Shown piece by piece: positions 54,261 to 64,000 of a DNA stretch of 64,000 bases; within the stretch, counting starts at the first letter, position 1; every line of letters begins with the position of its first letter. The notes below the pieces were generated by a model that was not told the DNA's origin, made no database searches, and saw nothing but the letters and a program-made list of their open reading frames with translations. The translations under genes and the position numbers were made by a program. Source of the DNA: Octopus vulgaris (lineage: Eukaryota); NCBI GenBank assembly GCA_951406725.2, contig OX597828.1:65348001-65412000 (forward strand), in the 5' to 3' direction.

Positions 54261-54989
54261 TTTATAAATTTCGTATTTGATTAACTTAGATGAGGTTTCA
54301 ATCACTAAGGTTAAGTTTTGCTTGCTAAATCAGTCACCCAGTTTTGGCGATTGGGTGTTTTAAGAGTAAAACATTGTTGCAAGTATTTTGGACCAGGTGT
54401 AACACCTGGAAAGAACTTTGACCCCTTCTCCCACCAATTTTTGAAGGTTCGGAAAAGAGTCATGGGTGTTACTCTTCATAAGTTCTAAAGACTTTTTAAA
54501 GCACACACACACACACACACATACATACCTATGCACATTAATACACGCAAATGCAGCGCACACGCATTCACACGCATACGCACACACAGAGTAAAATGCA
54601 TGACCGTATATAGAGAAATACAAGCTGTCAGCTTCCTGAATTTTCTTTTAGATCTCAATAATTTCAATAGAAATAATACTTTCACAATTCCACTACCAAA
54701 ATAGATTCTCTGATCTTCCCTCACTTATAATTTTATGTAAATTTTGTCTATTGCCTTACATCTCCTTTCACTAAGCGTTGGTTTATTTTATCAGAGTTTG
54801 CTCCTAAATAATGGTTTCAAATTTTGGCACGAGGCCAGAAAGTTCGAGGGAGGAGGCGGTTAAATCGATTACATCAACTTAAAGCGAATTTTGTAACACG
54901 CACGTGGAAACTCTAGATTATATGTTTGTCTGCATGTATCTATGCGCGAGTATGTCTCTCCCTAAGCGTATGCGTGTTCATCTAAAAAT

Positions 54990-55162
<173 letters not shown>

Positions 55163-56265
55163 TTTCTTTATTGGCCACACAGGGCTGGACACAGAGGGGA
55201 CAATTATAAATATACTTTTTGATTTGCAGCGTATTTGATAAAAGGGTGGATTGCCTTCACCAACTAGATTCGGCATCGTTGGTGCGTTAAAGACATCATT
55301 TTATTCTCTGTGTATTTACTGATTGATCACACATTTATCTTATGTGATTCAAATCCCGAGACACAATGTAATGAATCCTCAACTGATTCTTGGTCAATAT
55401 ATCTCTGAACTGCCTATAATACTTTAAAGATACTTCTTATTCTTCTCTTGTATACATAAACATACTCATTCTTATATATACATGTGTGTGTGAGCGTGTG
55501 TGTGTAAATAAAGACATCCTTCGGCCATGAATGACTATGGACTATGGGATTGCACATAGAAAGTTCTTTCTGAGGAATATATATGCATGTATGTGTTTGT
55601 ATTTATGCAAGTATATTTACATATTTACATATATGTATGTATATGTATGTATTGTATGTATATACACGCGTGTGTGCGTGTTTGTATGTGTGTGTGTTTG
55701 TGTGTGCAATGGTCTTTATAACTGTGTGGATTTGTAACTATATGATACATGTGACTGTGGTGTCCCTTTCAATCTGTAACTATGTTACTGCAAAATAATA
55801 TTATGAATGATAACAGTATTCGTACGTAATTTTGAAATTTGAAATGAGTTTATGGTAATATTAGACCCATAATAAATGCACGACAATCCTTATTTGATTT
55901 TCCTTGAAAAAGGAATTAATTTAGATAACCGTTTCTTTAATACATCAACATTTCTTTGACGGGTCTAGATAATTTTTGTACAATGTTTTTTGATTCAATG
56001 TTTTTGGTGATATGAAGTTCTGTGGATTTAGTGAATAGTTAAAAGTTCTCGGCAAAGCCTAAAGCAAATAGTTTGAATCGAATAAAATGTATACATATGT
56101 CTGTCACTGATAAATCATGCGATCGTTTTGTTTCCAACACACTGAGTGTCAATTACGGCGCTAAAAACCAAAGAAATTGAAGCAAAAACGTTTATCCCCT
56201 TCTTTCTCTCTCTCTTTCACTCTCTCTTTCTATGTCAAACACACACACACACAATCTCTCTCTCA

Positions 56266-56321
<56 letters not shown>

Positions 56322-56339
56322 CTCCATTTTTCTCTCTTT

Positions 56340-56374
<35 letters not shown>

Positions 56375-57580
56375 ATGTATTTATGCATACAGACTCAGAA
56401 ACACATATATATATATGCATATACATATATAAACATACATTCCCATACGTTCACGATTCACTCTGCTATTAGTTGAACTTTTTATTTTTCTCAAGAGACG
56501 CTATTATTTCATTTCAGGTTATATTCAAGCGAAATGTTAATTTGACATGAACTAAATTTAGACTTCCACTGAGAATTCTAGAAAAGTATTAAAGCAACTT
56601 TATGATCGAAAAAAGAGATTGTATGGTTTAATTCCCTTGAAGAGATTATGGTTGAAGAGAATAAAATCACCCGGTTTTTTAGTTTTTTTGTTTTTTTCTT
56701 TCGTGCTTCCTGTATTTCAATGTTTGAGTATAAATATACCTAGAGAAATACCAAATAAAGGAACCAAACAAATGTATAGGAATTAAACAAAGTATAGGTC
56801 TGATAATGAGGATATTCCTGATCACAGCCTAGAATGTTACATTATTTCATCATTTCACAAGTCAGTTAGTCCACCTCTCAAATTATATATAAGTAAATTT
56901 AAAGAGATACAATTTAGATGGTGTTGTTATCACCTTTATCCTGCAAGCCATGATCAAAAGCCTTGACCAACCATTCTTTCTTCTATGCAGAATGCATAAA
57001 GACCACATCAGCCTATGTGTCTTTACTTGTCTGAAGGTGGTAGTGTGTCGTTTACGATTTGGATGTCTTTTATAGCGTTCGTATGCCCATGCAGAGATAG
57101 TGCGGTTGTTTTTAGTTGATAAATTTGTAACGTGATGCGGCCAAAGATTCAAAAGATTCTAGTGTCCTTAAAGGAAATGGACTCATAGATCTTCTAAAAC
57201 GTCGGCTGCGGTATTCTGTTAGAAAAGCGAGTGGGAAACGATCAGAGAAAGTTATGATAGTTCAAATATGCCAAGCAATTCCAGAACCAACAAAATTCAA
57301 AAGTTCTTTAACAAAGGTTTTAGCAATTAAAGAGAAGGAAAAGTTATTCAAATTGACTAGTTGAGAAAATTCCAATAAGTGATGAAATCAGTAACTATAC
57401 TGAGAAGTGACGTTTATCAGCACTTAAACTTGGCTGTAGGAACCGACATTACTGCTATTTTTAACCCCAAGAGAATGCCCCCTACAGCTGGTTATTCAAT
57501 GCAATCTACACCTGATATATATACTGCAAGCAGTGGAGTGAACCCCTTTTATCTTTCAGCCACGGTATGAAGGATATCAT

Positions 57581-57815
57581 AAGGCGGCGAGCTGGCAGAA
57601 ACGTTTGCATGCCGGGCGAAATGCTTTGCGGTATTTCGCTTGCCGCTACGTTCTGAGTTCAAATTCCGCCGAGGTCGACTTTGTCTTTTATCCTTTCGGG
57701 GTCGATTAAATAAGTACCAGTTACGCACAGAGGTCGATATAATTGACTTAATTCGTTTGTCTGTCCTTGTTCGTCCCCTCTGTGTTTAGCCCCTTGTGGG
57801 TAGTAAAGAAATAGG
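57581..57815 (+). mobile_element. SINE family A inserted in a copy 2 exon relic
   Basis: Full head to tail; imperfect TSD GGTATGAAGGATATC / GGCATGGAGGATACC. Confidence 0.9.
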
Positions 57816-58105
57816 CATGGAGGATACCTGGGATAGGCTAGAAACAGCTGGCAAAGGCTATCTTTACTATTTTGTACTATTTTTATGATTCGTTATGTAT
57901 CTAACTTTTAGATTGAATTAAATTAAATTAAATGTCCTTGTCTTACATTGCCTAATCGTTTGCCTTTACTCACTGCTTTAACCTATGTTCTATTAAATGA
58001 TGATTATATTTGTACATATGTTCATATTCGATGTTATTATATGCCCTCTGCTGTTATCCTTTCGCTCCTCAGTTTTCCTAATTTCGTATTATATCTCAGT
58101 AGCAG

Positions 58106-58583
58106 GAGTCAAACATTGTTTTAATGAGGTCATGCGTGGAAAATGGTGGATCTTCTATAATTTCAGCCTCAAGGACAATAACTAAGACATTTGAAATTAG
58201 ATTGGTTATACTGGATAAGAGTTGCATAAATATCATTTATAACAGCATCTGTCAATTAAGTGAGCTTGGAACTTTCACAGCAGGTATCCATGCTTTTTCG
58301 ATATGACCTGTGCACGAACTTTGCTGGAATAAAATATGTAGAATAGTTGGACAGCAAAAGTTTCAACACGATTTATGTCATTCAACTTCATATAGATATT
58401 TTGTGAACGAACAGAATATCGAATTATATTTGATTAGATTTGTTAGAACTACTGTAAGATGTCTCCCAAAAAGGAGGAAAGTAGAAACATCCCCGTCATG
58501 CTGCAGCGATGTGATGAATATAAAAAAAAGCCCTAAGTCTTTTAATATTGAGATCATGGGTATCAGCAAATTTACTTCAACAC
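58106..58583 (+). pseudogene. LLTP copy 2 exon relic
   Basis: Track ORFs 58124-58306 and 58310- are in the same frame, separated by a single TGA. Bounded by gtagcAG and GTAC. Confidence 0.5.
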
Positions 58584-58652
58584 GTACACACATACACTCA
58601 CACACACACACACGTGCACACATACACTCACACACACACGTGCACACATACT

Positions 58653-58685
<33 letters not shown>

Positions 58686-58721
58686 CCATTCTTATATGTG
58701 TATATACATACATATATATAT

Positions 58722-58785
<64 letters not shown>

Positions 58786-58919
58786 AGTACGTACCGTTGA
58801 AGAGAGCTTTAAACCATCTTTTATATCTATTATACAGTGATGTGAGAGCAGGTCTTTTATAAAGCTTGAAACACGTGTACCGCGACATCCTTTGTGTTCT
58901 GTTTTTGATTTTATTTGAT

Positions 58920-58970
<51 letters not shown>

Positions 58971-59819
58971 CGTCTTGTTCCTGGGACTAAATGGTCGTAA
59001 CATTCCTCCTAATCAGGACTCCCACTTTACGTTGAGAACTAAACTTTACTCAAATTTACTGTTGCTGCATGTCTCTCGTTCAGAGATTTTTAACTAAGCA
59101 TTCCCCATATTAAAACACTCCACAACATTCCACATATCAAACCCCTCAACACTACCAAACAAATATAACGAGGCTCTAAGCACATGCGACTACCGCTTTA
59201 TTCACACCTACAAATTTTATCACAAATCTAAATGCAACCTAAATAGCCACATAGTATATATCCACAACACCCCATATGTAATCTCCAACAAGCCTATTTA
59301 TCTCCATTTTAATTTTTCATCTTTCATTAACTCCCCTATCATACTTTAAGGATCACAATTATTTAATACTACATATATGGACATACAAGTGGACACGTGT
59401 GTGGATAGGTATTTTATGTATGTATTTGTGTGTAGGTATATGTATATATATATATATTTATATATGTGTGTGTATACACATACATATATGTGCGTTTGTG
59501 TGTATGTATATATGTATGTGTGCGTGTATATATATATATATATATATATAAATATATATAACTGTGTATATGTGTATATATGTATACGTAAATACCTGTA
59601 TGCGCGCACGTATGTGTGTGTGCATGTATATATACATGTATGCGCACGCATATGCGTTTATGAATACATTTACGAATGTGAATGAGCATGCATGTGTATA
59701 TATGCATGAATATGTATATATCTATATATATATATGTGAGTGTGTGTATATGCATGTGTATATATTTGCGCATATATGCATGTAAGTGCATGCGTACGTG
59801 TGTTATTGCACCTTCTTTC

Positions 59820-60640
59820 ATTCTCTCTTATTCCTACCTATCACTAACCTATCACATAGTCTATATATATAGTGATCTGACACATTTCTATTCTTCCCTC
59901 CATTTCAAATTTTACTACTAAAATTACTACTCCCATCGGTATCCCCCCATCCACACATTTTCCTTACCTTTCTCCCATATCTCACATATCTCACACTCTT
60001 TTACTCCTTACCTTTTTATCCCTCCCCAATACCTCTCCCATCCTCCCATCACATTATCTTGATCACCAACTAACACTCCTTCCTTCATTTCTTTCACCCT
60101 TTCTTAAGTTTTTTCACTTTTTTCACTCTTCCTTTTTTGTTTTTTCTCTCCCCTTTTTTTCTTTTTTCTCTCTTTCTTCCTCTCATTTTCTCTTCCTGTT
60201 TTAAATGTGACCTATCTCCTCTTTCTAATCATACACATCTCTCCTTCCCCCATCTATCCACAAATACTACAAATACATCTTCAAATTTTCATTCACACCA
60301 CCAAACCCTTTCATACGAGCAACACTGAATCTACGGCTCCATATTTTGAAATGACTAGACATGAACGACTATTGGAACCTACATACCATGTACAGGAAAC
60401 TTTTTTACCACTTCTATACACCATTTTCCATTTATATATCTTCTTTCTACTTCCATTCACTTATTTCCCTGTATATTCCCTATCTCCTCCTTTTCCACAA
60501 TAATTCTAACTCAAATATTTTCTCGCACCGTCTCTGATGAAGGGATATCCATAATATCCAAGAAACAGGTGCAAAACTATTTCATAATAAATGTCCTGAA
60601 AACTCCTCACAGCCTTGGTTTTGTTATCTCATTCTCTCTA
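59820..60640 (+). mobile_element. PLE-type 3' region with decayed hammerhead (60530-60577)
   Basis: GTCT-CTGATGA-A-GGGATAT..ATATCC..GAAA; stem III and cleavage site are mutated relative to the 41818 copy. Confidence 0.7.
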
Positions 60641-60650
60641 ATATATATAT

Positions 60651-60753
<103 letters not shown>

Positions 60754-60868
60754 CTTATATATATATAAAGTTAATCCAGACATGGAAACAAAGAGAAAAC
60801 ACAACAACGCGAGGACGTGGAACAAGTATAGTATTATTGGATGCTCAGGAAAGAAGGAAAGGAGGAGG

Positions 60869-60903
60869 GTTTAACGTTTCGAGCGGAGCTCTTCGTCAAA
60901 AAC
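60869..60903 (-). ncRNA. Minimal hammerhead-like motif in a PLE terminus
   Basis: Reverse complement: GTTT-TTGACGA-A-GAGC(TCC)GCTC-GAAA-CGT-T-AAAC; palindromic AACGTT. Confidence 0.6.
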
Positions 60904-60972
60904 ATAGGAAAAGGAAAGATCCAAAGAAGGGAAGACGGAGGAAAAAATCGCCAACGGTACACACGCGGCCAC

Positions 60973-61013
<41 letters not shown>

Positions 61014-61807
61014 CCGTCCTTGTTTTCGTATATATTCTCTGCTTTCTTCCAAGGAATCTAGTGCGCTTAGATTAGATTTTTCCTTGGCGCTGGCCAGATT
61101 GGAGCAACCCCGAGTATATCTGAAATTACAAAGATAATCTGGAACTCGACTGAGGAAAGAAAACTCTGAATGACCCATCCTTGTTTTATTTGTATCGTCT
61201 GTCTGGACGTTTTGCTGTCCCTTTTTTGTATCACCTAACTGTCTGAATGTTTTGCGGTGGGAATACAATGTCAGACTTTGTACGTTGTGTCAAACTGCTG
61301 GACTGTCATTGCAAATGAAAAATAAGACGTTTAAATTTGTGAAATATTAAAAGTGCAACCGAAGTAACAATTGCTAAATAAATAGCGTTTAAATACGTAT
61401 TTATTAATGCCTACGGTTGTCAAAATGCAATAGAATGGTATTTCATCATAAATGAATGTAAACTTTCAGACTATAAACAGTAGCTAGTATTTTGGCTATT
61501 TCACTGGAATACAGATGGCGCTATTAAGGGAGGATGTAATAAAAATTTAGTCTCAAGATTATATTTATTTGTACTGTGAAGATGTTTAATTATTTAGAAT
61601 GAGATAAGACTGGCAAGTGTAGAAAATTAATGGCACTGGTATTTTAAATGCCGTATAACCAAAACAGAAAAAGATGCTACCCATCCTTTTCGCATTTTTT
61701 TCTTCCTTTTATATATATACATGACTTTAGGTATCTGCGATAATATTCTGAAACAAGATGCTTCCTATTCACTGCTTCTTCACACATATAGATATACACA
61801 AATATAC

Positions 61808-61864
<57 letters not shown>

Positions 61865-61914
61865 TGTATGTGTATATACATATGTTCTTACACATATAAT
61901 GTAAAGAAATGTGC

Positions 61915-61946
<32 letters not shown>

Positions 61947-61953
<7 letters not shown>

Positions 61954-62202
61954 ATACCGTGTAAATTAAAGCACATTAAGAGGCTTCCTTCATAGGAAAA
62001 CCTTGTGCTAGAAAGAGCAGTGGAAAACTCAAAACACTAATTAGGATAAATTCTCGAAAGGAATGAAAATTAAAAACATTTTCATTCCTTTCGAGAATTT
62101 ATCCCTAATTAGTGTTTTGAGTTTTCTACTGCTCTTTCTAGCACAAGGCTTTCCTATGATGGAAGCCTCTTAATGTGTTTTAATTTACACGATATCTTAT
62201 AT
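61947..62202. repeat. Fold-back palindrome, ~124-bp arms, 7-nt loop, next to (TA)n
   Basis: 61947-62070 versus 62078-62202, with about 6 differences. Confidence 0.95.
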
Positions 62203-62302
62203 GAATAATATATAGTCTACTGACTAATTTTTTTTGTGTTAGGCCACTGGTAATATTAATTTCTATAATTCTTATTACCCTAATATTATTTATTATGTTT
62301 AA

Positions 62303-62342
<40 letters not shown>

Positions 62343-62625
62343 CTACACGCACACACACGCATACACACACACACCCGCACGAACACTCAGACATATACAC
62401 ATAAACACACTTCAATCGGTTGACATATTAACTAGATAGAATTTATGAAAAACGATCAGATGTAAATGGGACAAATAAATCAGTGTTTTGAGAAATTTTA
62501 AGTCTCTGCGTGGGGTGGTATGTATGTTTATGATACAGATGATATAATAAGCATATGTCCAACGAACGGGAACGTGAAACTCAGAGTAACAGGTTTTGTT
62601 GAATTTTCTGCTGCTTTTAAATAAA

Positions 62626-62718
<93 letters not shown>

Positions 62719-62719
<1 letters not shown>

Positions 62720-63205
62720 AAGCAAGTCCTAGCACTGCAATCCCTCTTTCAGAGCTTCCTTTCAATTGGCAAACTTCCAAGCAAGCTGAAGGAGGGTAAA
62801 ATATGCCTTATTCATATAGGAGGTAGCAGAGCAGAGGCCAAAAACTATAGACCTATCTCTCTGACCTCGCACATCAGCAAAGTCATGGAACGAATAGTCA
62901 GAAGAAAATTAATCACCTCCCTTTAGGTAAATGACTTGCTGACTGACACTCAACTTGGTTTCCAACCAAGAAGAAGCTGCCTGACTCAGCACTTACAACT
63001 CTGTGACTGGGTGCTGAAATAGCTGCGCAACCATTCAAATGTGGAAGTGATATATCTCTACTTTGCAAGGGCCTTTGATAAAGTCGATCATGGAATGATA
63101 TGCCACAAACTGCGCGATCTCGGCATAGTCGGAAAACTGGGAGAATGGCTACTTGACTTTTTGAAGAATAGAAGTCAGGTGGTAGTAGCCAATGGGGCCA
63201 CCTCT
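62719..63205 (+). mobile_element. CR1-group LINE RT N-terminal fragment
   Basis: NYRPISLTSHISKVMERIV, QLGFQPRRSCLT, YLYFARAFDKVDH, GEWLLDFLKNRSQ; in-frame stops. Confidence 0.92.
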
Positions 63206-63800
63206 AACGAGCAGGTTCTCGGGTTGCAGTCATCAGTACATTGGACAAACGAGTTTAACTTTGAGGAAGAGAATCACTCTGCATAAGGAGCAAATCCGTT
63301 TCCCACAATACAGATAAATTCCTCTTAGTGAACACATAGAAAAATGTGCAGGTAACATCAAACCAAATTCTACAGTCTTCCCTTTCTATCAGTACAAAGA
63401 CACAATCTCTCAACTAGAACGCTTAAATAAAGAAGCTTTTTTCATTGAAAAATACAAAACGCGTCTTAATAAGCACGCATAACCAATTTTTTTTATTTTT
63501 ACATATTACATCACTGTACATAAATCCCCTGCTAAACAAGGCCCCTTTTTTTAAACCTGTCTCCTTTCTGTACACATATTTATTCCCCACCCAAAACCTA
63601 AAGAGTTATCTCCCTTACACACAACAATATCAATAATAACAACCAATACAAACACACATGGACCCAATTTCTTCTTAAGAAAAAATATTTTTTCATATAA
63701 ATCAAACATTGTATCATGAATAGCGATTGCGAAACCGGTCGATACATTAAAAATTATACTATAACCATGTAAGTGTGCGTATTTTCCGTTTTTATTTTCT
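63206..63800 (+). mobile_element. Penelope-like GIY-YIG C-terminal fragment and 3' end
   Basis: SGCSHQYIGQTSLTLRKRITLHKEQI..LSEHIEKC..RLNKEAFFIEKYKTRLN; ends before a (TA)n tract. Confidence 0.88.
63710..63746 (+). ncRNA. Minimal hammerhead motif with A3-U8 core pair
   Basis: TGTATC-ATGAATA-GC(GATT)GC-GAAA-CCGGT-C-GATACA; 6-bp stem I; palindromic ACCGGT; GUC triplet. Confidence 0.7.
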
Positions 63801-63851
<51 letters not shown>

Positions 63852-63875
63852 ATATCTATATATATTCATATATTC

Positions 63876-63927
<52 letters not shown>

Positions 63928-64000
63928 GTATGTATATTCATATATTTATATATATTAATATACAGTTGCAAAAAGGTTAGAGATCTATACAAATCAATCT

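Overview
Eukaryotic, AT-rich, repeat-saturated DNA. The tRNA-derived SINE families and dense (TA)n/(TG)n/(GATA)n microsatellites suggest an octopod cephalopod; this is inferred from family resemblance, not from a database search. I see no intact protein-coding gene, and most track ORFs are microsatellite or transposon artefacts. Hand translation of the unique DNA between repeats gives AG...GT-bounded, stop-riddled exon relics whose motifs follow the domain order of large lipid transfer proteins (vitellogenin/apolipophorin). One set lies on the minus strand (~41 kb down to ~0.4 kb) and a second, divergently oriented set on the plus strand (~52.9-58.6 kb). Penelope-like element (PLE) fragments carry about 11 hammerhead-ribozyme-like motifs, some canonical and some with core variants (A3-U8, U6, U3-A8). 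Four long fold-back inverted repeats abut (TA)n tracts. Other relics include CR1-type and L1/Tx1-type LINEs, Tigger/pogo, mariner/Tc1, hAT, a mariner MITE and a TIR MITE with an 8-bp TSD. All protein assignments are by eye and need HMM/BLAST confirmation.
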